This document shows positions 1 through 10,554 of a stretch of 64,000 nucleotides of DNA, one piece after another. The position numbers and the translations under genes are program-made. Under the pieces are notes generated by a model. That model did no database searches and had not been told where the DNA came from. It was given only the letters and a program-made list of their open reading frames with translations. The first letter of the stretch is position 1; each line of letters begins with the position of its first letter. Where the stretch lies: contig NIVC01001060.1 of the NCBI GenBank assembly GCA_002269645.1, positions 17,702 through 81,701 on the forward strand. Reading direction: 5' to 3'. The stretch is from Macrostomum lignano. Lineage: Eukaryota.

Positions 1-300
1 AATAGTTAATACACTAATTAGGGTAATAGATAAACACTAATTAGGGTAGTAGGTAATACACTAATTAGGATAATTAGTAATACACTAATTCGGGTAATAG
101 GTACTACCACTAATTAGGGTAATAGGAAATATACTATCTGATACAGTAATAGGTAATACACTATCTGATACGGTAATAGGTAATACACTATCTGATACGG
201 TAATAGGTAATACACTAATTAGGGTAATAGATAATACACTAATCAGGGCCATAGGTAATACACTAATACGGTAATAGATATTTAAAAACACTAATAAAAC
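1..300. repeat. Degenerate ~20-24 bp AT-rich tandem repeat (GGGTAATAGGTAATACACTAATTA-like), in the intron preceding the first visible SURF1 exon
   Basis: Repeated GGTAATAGGTAATACACTA motif visible from 1 to ~290; ends shortly before the TGTGCAG acceptor at 321-327. Confidence 0.85.
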
Positions 301-327
301 TCTATCATAACACAAACACCTGTGCAG

Positions 328-1812
328 GCGGCAACAGTCTATTCTCTAGCGGAGCCGGGGTTGGCTATCACGTGATCACTCCGTTCCGATTGGCTGATAG
401 CGGCGAGCGTGTCCTGGTGAATCGCGGCTGGGTACCGGCTAAGCTGGCCGATCCAGCTACCAGGCCGCAATGGCAGCAGAGAGGCCGAGTGGAATTGATC
501 GGTTTGGTGAGGCTGACTGAACCGGCTGGATTGGTTGGAGGCTATCTTGTCGGTGAGGAGCTGCTGATGCTGCTGGTCCATGCTTGAATAAATTTAAGAT
601 ACATGTTGGGTGAAGAAGGTGAAGGGAGCATGGAGACAAGGGTCAGAGATGAAGGCAGCATGTTGGGAAGGGTCAGAGATGAAGGCAGCATGTTGGGAAG
701 GGTCAGCAATGAAGGCAGCATGTTGGTAAGGGCTAGAGATGAAGGGAGCATGTTAAGAAGGGTCAGAGATGAAGGCAGCATGTTGGGAAGGGTCAGAGAT
801 GAAGGCAGCGTGTTGGGAAGGGTCAGAGATGAAGGCAGCATGTTGGGAAGGGTCAGAGATAAAGGGAGCATGTTGGGAAGGGTCAGAGATGAAGGCAGCG
901 TGTTGGGAAGGGTCAGAGATGAAGGCAGCGTGTTGGGAAGGGTCAGAGATGAAGGCAGCATGTTGGGAAGGGTCAGAGATAAAGGGAGCATGTTGGGAAG
1001 GGTCAGAGATAAAGGGAGCATGTTGGGAAGGGTCAGAGATGAAGGCAGCGTGTTGGGAAGGGTCAGAGATGAAGGCAGCATGTTGGGAAGGGTCAGAGAT
1101 AAAGGGAGCATGTTGGGAAGGGTCAGAGATGAAGGCAGCGTGTTGGGAAGGGTCAGAGATGAAGGCAGCGTGTTGGGAAGGGTCAGAGATGAAGGCAGCG
1201 TGTTGGGAAGGGTCAGAGATGAAGGCAGCATGTTGGGAAGGGTCAGAGATAAAGGGAGCATGTTGGGAAGGGTCAGAGATGAAGGCAGCATGTTGGGAAG
1301 GGTCAGAGATAAAGGGAGCATGTTGGGAAGGGTCAGAGATAAAGGCAGCGTGTTGGGAAGGGTCAGAGATGAAGGCAGCGTGTTGGGAAGGGTCAGAGAT
1401 GAAGCCAGCATATTGGGAAGGGTCAGAGATGAAGGGAGCATATTGGGAAGGGTCAGAGATGAAGGCAGAATGTTGGGAAGGGTCAGAGATGAAGGGAGCA
1501 TGCCTTGAATCGCCCGCAGACGCCCGCAGCCCGGCCAACAGCGGCGCTGTCGGGCCTCAGTCTCGGAGCGCTCGCCGCGGCGTCACCTGCCGCATACGCC
1601 GCGATGTCGAGGCTCTGAGCGGCGAGCTCAACACCCTGCCATTCTTTGTTGACGCCTGCGCTTCTGGCGTGGATTCTAGCGAATCTGCTGGCACTTTTCC
1701 TATTGGCGGGCAGACTAGACTGAGCTTGCGTAACGAGCACCTGTCCTATATTGTTACCTGGTATTCTCTGGGCGCGCTGCTGCTGGTGTTCTGGGCTATG
1801 CGAATTCGATGA
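328..1812 (+). CDS. SURF1: SURF1 cytochrome c oxidase assembly factor, 3' part; exons 328-552 and 1520-1812 (5' exons lie outside the window)
   Basis: GYHVITPF...VLVNRGWVP...VELIGLVRLTE and RDVEAL...PFFVDA...PIGGQTRLSLRNEHLSYIVTWY match SURF1 motifs; donor GTGAG at 553 and acceptor CGCAG at 1519 are both phase 1 (exact intron ends inferred). Confidence 0.93.
603..1500. repeat. 30-bp minisatellite (TGTTGGGAAGGGTCAGAGATGAAGGCAGCA), about 30 copies, filling the SURF1 intron
   Basis: Units align in register every 30 nt; variants GAAGGCAGCA/GAAGGCAGCG/AAAGGGAGCA. Confidence 0.97.
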
Positions 1813-1880
1813 TGGAAGATACATCATAATCTGTGTACTATACATATGCTCTCAGAATTATTTTAGTACTTTATTGACCT

Positions 1881-1970
1881 ATTAAATATTTCATGAAAAT
1901 TATTGTGCTTTTTTAAATAGGCTTCTTACATGGTTTTTCGTTCTTGACTATTTATTTTTCTTTGTTTTAG
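1881..1970 (+). promoter_or_regulatory. Candidate SURF1 poly(A) signal (ATTAAA 1881-1886) followed by a strong polypyrimidine 3' splice acceptor (TTTATTTTTCTTTGTTTTAG ending 1970)
   Basis: Both motifs read directly; no coding donor obviously pairs with this acceptor. Confidence 0.45.
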
Positions 1971-1974
1971 ACAT

Positions 1975-2697
1975 GCTGGGCCCATGCTAGAGTTGCTGGG
2001 CCCGCCTCCCAGATCCCCAGTTGCTGAGCCAGCCTCCTAGATCCTCCGTTGCCGGGCCAGCAGCTCCCCAGAGTGTCAGTTGCTGGGCCAGCCTCCCAGA
2101 TCCTCAGTTGCTGGGCCAGCCTCCCAGATTGTCAGTTGCTAGGCCAGCCTCCTAGATTGTCAGTTGCTAGGCCAGCCTCCCAGATCCTCAGTTGCTGGGC
2201 CAGCCTCCCAGATTGTCAGTTACTGGGCCAGCCTCCTAGATTGTCAGTTGCTAGGCCAGCCTCCCAGATCCTCAGTTGCTGGGCCAGCCTCCCAGATAGT
2301 CAGTTACTGGGCCAGCCTCCTAGATCCTCAGTTGCTGGGCCAGCCTCTCAGATCCTCAGTTGCTGGGCCCGCCTCCCAGATCCCCAGTTGCTGAGCCAGC
2401 AGCTTCCCAGAGTGTCAGTTGCTGGGCCAGCCTCCCAGATTGTCAGTTGCTGGGCCAGCCTCCTAGATTGTCAGTTGCTAGGCCAGCCTCCCAGATCCTC
2501 AGTTGCTGGGCCAGCCTCCCAGATTGTCAGTTACTGGGCCAGCCTCCTAAAGTGTCAGTTGCTGGGCCAGCCTCCCAGATCCTCAGTTGCTCGGCCAGCC
2601 TCCCAGATTGTCAGTTGCTGGGCCAGCCTCCTAGATTGTCAGTTGCTAGGCCAGCCTCCCAGATCCTCAGTTGCTGGGCCAGCCTCCCAGATCCCCA
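1975..2697. repeat. 28-bp minisatellite (CAGTTGCTGGGCCAGCCTCCCAGATTGT and variants) between SURF1 and the GTF2H2 ATG
   Basis: Tandem units with an internal CTGGG/CCCAG inverted repeat. Confidence 0.92.
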
Positions 2698-2773
2698 GTG
2701 AATCATATTGCCAGTCAGTCAAGCAGGCACAGCCCCATGCTTATGCATGCCAAGAGTTTGAACAGCAAACAGC

Positions 2774-5010
2774 ATGGCAAACTACGGATTCGCAAAGCCG
2801 TCTGCGCGACCCACAGCGGGCACCAGCGGCTACCGGCTTCAGGACGAGGATGCGGCCGCGCTCTCTGGCGGCGGCTTTCGCTGGGAGTCGCAGTTCGAGC
2901 GCTCCTGGGAGGCCCTGGCTGAGGATGAGGAGGGTCGCCTGGCTGGGGCTGTTGGGCGTCTGGAGCAGGTGGGTGAATTGTTATTGGGCTCATTGGACTT
3001 ATTTAGTTAGCTAGTCAGTCAGTCAGTCAGTCAGACAGTCAGTCAGTCAGTCAGTCAGTCAGTCAGTCAGACAGTCAGTCAGTCAGACAGTCAGTCAGTC
3101 AGTCAGTCAGTCAGTCAGTCAATCAGTCAGTCAATCAGTCAGTCAGTCAGTCAGTCAGTCAGTCAGTCAGTCAGTATCGAACCCCAAACCCCGCAGGCCC
3201 GCAAGCGCCGGCACCGTCTCGCAGCGGCAGCCCTGCTACCCGGCGGCGGTGGCCGGGCCAGCAAGCTGGGCATGATGCGGCACCTGCTGCTGTGCCTGGA
3301 CTGCTCAGAGACCATGGGCTTGGCCGATCTCAAACCCTGCCGTTTAGCCGCCTGCCTATCCGCAATGCGCAACTTCGTGTCCGGATTCTTCGATCAGAAT
3401 CCCATCGGACAGCTGGGCGTACTGCTGACCAGACGGAAGCTGGCCGAGAGAGTGACCGAGCTCACTGGCAATCCCAGGCGACATTTGGACGCGCTAAAAG
3501 ATTTGGCTCAGGCCGGCTCGGGCAAAACCGCCCGTCCCGAAGGGGAGGCGTCATTTCAGAACCTGCTGGAGATGGCCTACGACACGCTGGGCCCCCTGCC
3601 AGGCCACGCCTGCAAAGAGGTTCTCGTGCTGGTGTCAGCCTTGAGCACCTGCGATCCGGGAGATATCGGTGCGACCATTAGCAAACTGGCCAAGGCTAGG
3701 ATCAGGTGTTCGGTGAGTGAATCATTTCTGTCTGCCTTTTTTTCTTTTATTGTTACTGTTTTTCAAGTCCTAGATCTGTACCCTTCCTACCCTCCTTTCC
3801 CTCTACCCGCTTTCCTCTAATTACCCTCCTTCCCCTCTACCCGCTTTCCCCTCTCTACCCGCCTTGCCCTCTCTACCTGCTTTCCCCTCTACCCGCTTTC
3901 CCCTCTACCCGCTTTCCCCTCTACCCGCTTTCCTCTCTCTACCCGCCTTCCCCTGTCTACCCACCTTCCCCTCTCCACCCGCTTTCCGCTCTACCTGATT
4001 TCCGCTCTCTCTCGCGTCTCCGCTTCCCTTTCTCTCATTTTACCCTCCCCCCCTTAGATCTCTCCCCTCTATCCTCACTCTCGTCTATCCTTTCTCTACC
4101 CTCTTTACCCTCTTTCTAATTACTTTCTACCTGATTTCCTCTCTCTCTCTCTCGCGTCCCCGCTTCCCTTTCTCTCATTTTACCCTCCCCCCCCTTAGAT
4201 CTCTCCCCTCTATCCTCACTCTCGTCTATCCTTTGTCTACCCTCTTTACCCTCTTTCTACTTTCTCCCAACGCTTTCCTTCCTAGCCTCTCTCCATCTCT
4301 CTGTCTCTGTTCCGCCATGATGCGTCAAGGGCAAAGTGCAAGCTCTAGGGAACATTGTTTTACCTTCTAAACCTTGCCAATTGGCGTCCCTTTCCCATAA
4401 ATTGCCCAATTTACAGGTAATATCTCTGTCAGCGGATATTCGCGTATTGCGCAAACTCGCCCAGGCCACTGGTGGCACCTACTCTGTGCCGCTAGACGCT
4501 GTCCATCTGTCCGACATCATGTCCAGCTTCCTGCCGCCGCCGGCCAGCGCTCCCGATCCCGCTCTGATCAAAATGGGCTTCCCCTACTCGGCTGGGCAGG
4601 ATGGCCAGGAGCAGCCGAGATCCAAGCAGGATGTCATCCGCATTTGCGCCTGTCACGGCACCGTACTATCAGCCGGGGCCACCGCTCACGCCTGCCCCCA
4701 GTGCGCCTGTCTTTACTGCGAGCTGCCGGTTGATTGTCGGATTTGCGGATTAAGTTTGGCCAGCGCCGCTCACCTGGCCAGATCCTATCAGCACCTGTTC
4801 CCGTTGAAGGCATTCGCCGAGGTCACCTTGGCGGCCAGTACGGGCTGTTGCGGATGTGGCGATAGACTAGGCGCTAACACGGAAGCCTACCAGTGCAGCG
4901 ACTGTCGGTCTCATTATTGTATCGATTGCGATCGGCTGTTGCACGACTCTTTGCACTCTTGCCCAGTTTGTTTGCAGACTTTATCGGTTAAAACTACTAT
5001 CGCTACTTAG
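2774..5010 (+). CDS. GTF2H2: TFIIH subunit p44 (Ssl1 family; VWA domain plus C-terminal zinc fingers); exons 2774-2968, 3197-3712, 4417-5010
   Basis: RWESQFERSWEALAEDEEG, LGMMRHL...DLKPCRL...FFDQNPIGQLG, CDPGDI, CPQC...CELPVDCRICG, HLARSYQHLFPL and the C-terminal Cys/His cluster; both introns phase 0 with GT-AG ends. Confidence 0.96.
3013..3175. repeat. (TCAG)n microsatellite filling GTF2H2 intron 1
   Basis: Direct inspection. Confidence 0.97.
3780..4300. repeat. Pyrimidine-rich low-complexity repeat in GTF2H2 intron 2, including a direct duplication of ~120 bp (about 4005-4130 and 4141-4258)
   Basis: CTCTACCCGCTTTCCC-type units; the block CTCTCGCGTC...TTAGATCTCTCCCC...TTTACCCTCTTTCTA occurs twice. 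Confidence 0.85.
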
Positions 5011-5535
5011 TAGTATAAAAGAATAATATTTGTGCGCTAACAAAACTTTTGTACCTGAGCCAGTAAGTAACTTGCTTGATAAAGATTGAGAACACCGGGA
5101 GTAAAGTAGATAAGTAGTCTTTATCTTTATTCAACACATTGGTTCACAGTGAGAGGTCCAGTGGTACATGCATTAGTCACACGTCAAGCATTTAAAACTT
5201 TGTTTGCTCTAATAATACACAATACAATAACTGCCTAATCGATGCAAAAGTATTTCGTACGTTGTGACAGGTGTTTTTTTACTTTATTAACTCTCTTCTG
5301 TGCCTTATATTTGTTTATTTTCATAAGTAGCATTCAAAGGAATACTTTCGGCTTTTTATATTGTCTAATACAATTAGGTCTACCGCTGTAGTCTCAGTTA
5401 TTCTGTTAAAACGCTTAATATTTAGTATATAGGACTATCAGCTTTGCCCCCCTCGGGGGTAACTTACGCTGACAACATTAGAACTGAAATTTGTCATTTT
5501 TGTCATCTAAAATCATTAAGATCAACCGCTACTAC

Positions 5536-5749
5536 GGCGGTTGTAGCCTAGTGGTTATTAAAGCGTCGGATTCATGACTAGGTCCCGGGGGTTCGATTCT
5601 CGACCCACTCACAACAATTTGTGTCCTTGAGCAAGACACATTGACTCTGCATTGCTTCAGTTGCTTCAATTGCTTCAGCTTTAAAATGGGTGCCCCCCAG
5701 TCCTTGGAGTGGAGCAATAACTACGGCTGAGCTGTCGGTTGTACATCTG
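5536..5749 (+). mobile_element. tRNA-derived SINE with a CORE-like central domain
   Basis: Pol III A box (TAGCCTAGTGG) and B box (GGTTCGATTC), followed by TGTGTCCTTGAGCAAGACAC...TAAAATGGG resembling the CORE domain; homologous copies at 16875-17140 and 17473-17590. Confidence 0.8.
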
Positions 5750-5835
5750 GCTATTAGGTCAGGTGTAATTAATTACCATGTGTTTCTAATATATTTCAAC
5801 TCCATCTATTTTTCAGTGTCAACTCTACAACCGCA

Positions 5836-6735
5836 ATGGCAGCCACTTTAGACATTCGTTTGAAGCGTATTAACAAAACCTACACCGATGGCGACACAAT
5901 CTCCGGCTATGCCGTGATTCGTTGCAAACAAGACTGCGGTCACAATGGTCTCACATTGAATCTGACTGGCACAGTGAGCATGCAGCTTAGCTCAAAAAAT
6001 GTCGGAGTATTCGAAGCATTCTATAACAGTATCAAGCCGATTCAACTGACCGGAGCCACACTAGAACTAGCTAAGCCTGGCAAATTCACCACCGGATTAA
6101 CAGAAATCCCATTTGAAATACCGTTCAAATCCAAGGGTAACAAAACACTGTATGAGACATACCACGGAGTGTTCATTAACATTCAGTACGTGCTTCAGTT
6201 GGACTTGAAACGCTCTCTATTGAACAAAGATCTCAGCAAAACTTGCGAATTCTTAGTCGAATACAATCCAAAGAATTCTGGCCAACCGAGCTCGCAGACG
6301 CCAGTAACTTTCGCCATCAGCCCGGACAGTGTAGTCAATGTTCAGAACAAGGCCAGTCTACCGAAATTTCGCGTCACCGGCCAACTCACATCGAGTCACA
6401 TTAGTATTTCTGAGCCACTGAGTGGCGAGCTAGTCATTGAGCAGTGCGCTACTCGGATTAAAAGTGTAGAACTGCAGCTGGTACGCGTAGAGACCTGCGG
6501 CTGTCTGGAAGGCTACGCTAAAGAGACTACTGAGATACAGAATATCCAAGTGGCTGATGGAGACGCTCCCAGAGGGATTAAAATCCCTCTGCACATGGTG
6601 CTGCCGCGTCTGTTCACCTGTCCGAGCGTTTCGGCTACCAATTTCCGAATCGAATTCGAAGTCAACATTGTTGTCGTGTTTCAAGACGACTATTTGGTGT
6701 CTGAAAATATTCATATTCGTGTTAGTAGATTCTGA
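5836..6735 (+). CDS. VPS26C: VPS26C / DSCR3, arrestin-fold subunit of the Retriever complex; single coding exon, 299 aa
   Basis: LDIRLKR..., GTVSMQLSSKNVGVFEAFYNSIKPIQL, LYETYHGVFINIQY, ELQLVRVETCGC.EGYAKE.TEIQNIQ.ADGD, PRLFTCP are DSCR3 hallmarks. Confidence 0.97.
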   Translation: MAATLDIRLKRINKTYTDGDTISGYAVIRCKQDCGHNGLTLNLTGTVSMQLSSKNVGVFEAFYNSIKPIQLTGATLELAKPGKFTTGLTEIPFEIPFKSKGNKTLYETYHGVFINIQYVLQLDLKRSLLNKDLSKTCEFLVEYNPKNSGQPSSQTPVTFAISPDSVVNVQNKASLPKFRVTGQLTSSHISISEPLSGELVIEQCATRIKSVELQLVRVETCGCLEGYAKETTEIQNIQVADGDAPRGIKIPLHMVLPRLFTCPSVSATNFRIEFEVNIVVVFQDDYLVSENIHIRVSRF

Positions 6736-6869
6736 TCTGTTGAAGTTGATGATTTAAAACAATTCCTAATTTAAAAGCGATGGTTCTGTAAACGTCTATG
6801 TAAAAAGGCTGGCTATTGAATTAGATAACGAAGTAGACGGTGTCCGTTGAATGCCATTTTTGTCTAATT

Positions 6870-6998
6870 AACAGACACTTAGACAGGCAGACAGAAAGGC
6901 GGGCAGACAGACTGTCAGACTGACAAACATACTGACAGACAGACACGCAGACAGACAGGCAGGCAGGCAGACAGACAGGCAGACAGGCAGACAAAGGC

Positions 6999-7035
<37 letters not shown>

Positions 7036-7148
7036 GGCAGACAAAGGCAGGCAGACAGACAGACAGACAGACAGACAGACAGGCAGACAAAGGCAGGCAG
7101 ATAGGCAGGCAGACAGACAGGCAGACAGAAAGGCAGACAAAGGCAGGC

Positions 7149-7185
<37 letters not shown>

Positions 7186-7202
7186 GGCAGACAAAGGCAG
7201 GC

Positions 7203-7235
<33 letters not shown>

Positions 7236-7402
7236 GGCAGACAAAGGCAGGCAGATAGGCAGGCAGACAGACAGGCAGACAGAAAGGCAGACAAAGGCAG
7301 GCAGACAGATAGGCAGACAGACAGACAGGCAGACAGACAGGCTGACAGAAAGGCAGGCAGATAGATAGGCAGGCAGACAGACAGGCAGACAGAAAGGCAG
7401 GC

Positions 7403-7435
<33 letters not shown>

Positions 7436-7563
7436 CTAAGACAGACTGTCAGACTGACAAACATACTGACAGACAGGCAGACAGACAGACAGGCTGACAG
7501 AAAGGCAGGCAGATAGATAGGCAGGCAGACAGACAGGCAGACAGAAAGGCAGGCAGACAGACC

Positions 7564-7599
<36 letters not shown>

Positions 7600-7790
7600 C
7601 TAAGACAGACTGTCAGACTGACAAACATACTGACAGACAGACAGGCAGAAAGGCAGGCAGACAGACAGATAGACAGGCAGGCAGGCAGACAGAAATGCAG
7701 GCAGACAGAAAGGCAGCCAGACAGACCGACAGATAGATGGACTGACTGACTGACTGACACTCAGATAGACGGATACACAGACAGACAGAC
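6870..7790. repeat. Compound (CAGA/CAGG)n microsatellite with a recurring interrupting block GACAGACTGTCAGACTGACAAACATACT
   Basis: Interrupting block seen near 6908, 7442 and 7608. Confidence 0.95.
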
Positions 7791-8504
7791 AGCCTCTAAC
7801 ATTCAGCATTCACAGGACAATTTCATTCGTGTTAACTACAATCAACGCACCTTCCTAAAATGCTTCCTAATTTTCATAGAACTTGGAAACATAAAAACAC
7901 GCAGAAAACGTTATATTGCCATTCGCAGTTATTTTGCGACAACACGTTAAGATTTGTTGGTTTCTGCCATAGACAGTAGCGCTCAACAAAACAAATGTGA
8001 TTAAAGTATATGTGCTAATTTATAGGAAAGCTCGTTAAGTCCTATCTTAAGCAAATTTAATCCTGATTAATTCAATCCTAGTACTGTGAGAAAAAACTAT
8101 CAAATTTTGTTGTTTAATAGCACCAGAGTATTAAAAATTGCTTAGCTTTTATCACATATATCTACAGATTGATGGACACTAAAAAATTGCTAATCATCCT
8201 GTATACTTACAGTAGTCAGTCGCTAATTTGCATAATTTTACAGTAGGACTGTGCTAAAAATATTTTACTAAAGTACTCGTAATCCCGAGTCCTAATTCAA
8301 TAAATCATTATGTAATAGTGTTCATCATCTATAGCAGTACATGTATCTTTGATTATTGATTTTTTTACATTTATACGCTCGTAAAAGTTGGATTTTCTAT
8401 TTTTACATTTACCTTTGTGCTAGGATTTAGATTGATTGTCATCAACTGATATCATATATTAGAGATGTTGTTAAGTTCATGTATTTGCAACTGTTTTATG
8501 GAAG

Positions 8505-8778
8505 ACAGACAGGCTGACAGACAGACAGAAAGACAGGCTGACAGACAGACAGGCTGACAGACAGACAGGCGGAAAGACGACACTAAGACAGGCAGACAGA
8601 CAGACACTAAGACAGACAGACAGACAGACACACTAAGACACTAAGACAGACAGACAGACAGACACACTAAGACACTAAGACAGACACACTAAGGCACTAA
8701 GACAGACAGACAGACATACTAAGACACTAAGACAGACAGACAGACAGACACTAAGACAGACAGACAAACAGACAGAAA
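8505..8778. repeat. (CAGA)n microsatellite with many CACTAAGA interruptions
   Basis: Direct inspection. Confidence 0.92.
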
Positions 8779-8855
8779 GCGTGATACTAATACTGATATT
8801 TTCAATCACATACTACTAATATACATCCATAATTCCGCCGCTGCCGTCAGCAGAG

Positions 8856-8870
8856 ATGAATCGCCAGTAG
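8856..8870 (+). promoter_or_regulatory. uORF1 (ATG AAT CGC CAG TAG; MNRQ*) in the leader of the bZIP gene
   Basis: Read directly; 75 nt upstream of uORF2. Confidence 0.7.
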
Positions 8871-8945
8871 CCCCAGCTACACCGCTGCGCCCCGAAAGGC
8901 CAGACAGTCAAAGAAACGCAACGAAAACCCAACACAGACGCCAAC

Positions 8946-9122
8946 ATGGCCACCTTTACCTGCCAGTCAACTCAGTGCTCAAAGTACAACAAGACTACTG
9001 CTACTAATACTACTACTACTACCAAGCATAATCACTTCTGCAAGCATGACTGCCAACATGGCTTCAATGGTGACTCCGCCAATGACGGATGCCAGTGGTG
9101 GAGATTTCTCTTCATATCTTAA
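8946..9122 (+). promoter_or_regulatory. uORF2, 58 aa, out of frame with and overlapping the bZIP CDS by 77 nt
   Basis: CCAACATGG strong Kozak context at 8946; 100 nt upstream of ATG 9046 (shifted frame); TAA at 9120-9122. Confidence 0.75.
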
Positions 9123-10246
9123 TCTCTGTCAGGATGCTCGTCACGCTGAGCAAGGCGTTGAGCTGCTCCTGTCATCCGCATCAGTTTGGCTAACTGATTC
9201 GCTGTTGCCAAAGTCCGGCCCAGCCTCCCATCGTACGGACGATGATGATGAAGTGTCATCGGTGCTTGACGGCTTCCCTAGCAACAGTGCCGTTGCTGAT
9301 GACGCCGAGATGGATAGTATTTTCCCATTTCTAACGCCAGAATCGGCAGATACTGCTGGTGCTTCGGCTGTTCGCGACTGTCTTCTCGACTTGGACGGTG
9401 TCGACTTTGATGTCGATGAGTTGATGCCGCCGGATCGACCGGTTTTCGACGATGGTGATGATGACGACGCAGATGAAGATTTGGTGATGTCATCGTCATT
9501 GACGTCGTCTGTCGATCAGACGCCACCGCCGCAGGTGCTGCCTCGCAGAGGCAGAGGCAAAGGCGGCGGTTTCGGCAGGAAGTCGAAATCTTCTAATATG
9601 AGGACTAAAGGCGAGGCTAATCGAGAGGCTGCCTATCGGTTAGTTGCTAACTGATGCCCACTCTGTGTATTGCTGACTCCCCCTCTCGGACCCCCTCTGA
9701 CCTCTCGGGCCTCCCCCTCCCTGATCGCTCCCTCCCGGACCTCCCCCTCTCTGACATCCCCCTCGCCGACCTCTCCCTCTCGGACCTCCCCCTCTCTGAC
9801 CTACCCCTCTCTGATTACCCCTTCTCCGACCTCCCCCTCACTGACGTTCCCCTCTCTGACTCCCCCTCTTTAGCCTCCCCCTGATCTCTTCCTCTGTGAA
9901 CTCCCCTCTCTGATATTTCCTTTATCAAGTCTACACGCCCCAACAGTCGCACACACAACGCCAAGCCCTGCCCCCCGCCCTCAGATACAGAGCAAAGCAA
10001 CGCCAATCCAACTCGCTGGCCAAGTCCCGACACTCGCAACTGGTTGCCGACAATCAACGTCTGGAAGCTGAAGTGGCATCGGCCGAGAGCCAACTGCAGT
10101 TCCTGCTGCACCTGTGCCGCAGGAGGCCAACGCCAGCTAAGAAGCGACTGCAGCTAAGAATTTTAGAGGCCGATGAAGATTGCGATCCACCGCAGCTGGG
10201 TTCGAAACCCAAACTTATCACCATGGTTTTTAAACACCGGGTTTGA
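9046..10246 (+). CDS. ATF4/ATF5-like bZIP transcription factor, 284 aa; exons 9046-9638 and 9985-10246
   Basis: Splicing GTTAGT (9639) to CTCAG (9984), phase 2, restores the basic region EANREAAYR|YRAKQRQ followed by the zipper LVADNQRLEAEVASAESQLQFLLHL, alignable with ATF4 KMEQNKTAATRYRQKKR...LAKEIQYLKDL; acidic N-terminus. Confidence 0.85.
9675..9910. repeat. C-rich ~15-bp degenerate repeat (CCCCTCTCTGACCT-like) in the bZIP intron
   Basis: Direct inspection. Confidence 0.8.
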
Positions 10247-10554
10247 ACTGGTGCGAAATCGGTGGTCTAGTTTTTGTGCTTCTGTTCGTCCTTTAATGTT
10301 CCCTCGCCGACAGACATTGATCAAGGGATTCTGTTTCTTTTTTTAAATGATAAACTAACCTATCATTATAGTTTTATTAGTTTCCTGTTTGATAACTTTT
10401 GTCGATCTTTTCGTATATATGCTTCTAAATCTTTGTTGTGTGAGCTATTGATAAAAAAGTGTACTTTCCTTTCTATCCACTTTATTAAATCGTTTTTTTA
10501 ATAGTTCTTAGAATCGCCCCTAAATCAATCCTGAGAAAGCAATTAAATCGTTAT

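Noticed and set aside
1-230. TTAGGG telomeric hexamers
   Set aside because: Isolated within a longer unit, not a tandem telomeric array
603-1500. CRISPR-like array (30-bp periodicity)
   Set aside because: Head-to-tail units with no unique spacers, no cas genes, eukaryotic intron context; the same applies to all other arrays in the window
579-1510. CATGCTTGAAT / CATGCCTTGAAT flanking the SURF1 intron array as a target-site duplication
   Set aside because: Imperfect, and partly explained by the GCATG in the repeat unit itself
542-1812. Long ORFs 542-1501, 603-1508, 753-1538 and the repeat part of 769-1812
   Set aside because: Translations of the intronic 30-bp minisatellite; only the 3' end of 769-1812 (from ~1520) is SURF1 coding
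2049-3014. 321-aa ORF through the 28-bp repeat
   Set aside because: Repeat translation; GTF2H2 is encoded in a different frame from 2774
5536-5610. tRNA gene (also 17065-17140)
   Set aside because: The anticodon stem does not pair and the sequence continues into a shared SINE body
6821-7809. (SVCL)n ORFs; likewise 27497-29016 and 29417-30007
   Set aside because: Microsatellite translations open in several frames
9654-9884. ORFs MPTLCIAD... and MLTPPLG...
   Set aside because: They lie in the C-rich intron of the bZIP gene
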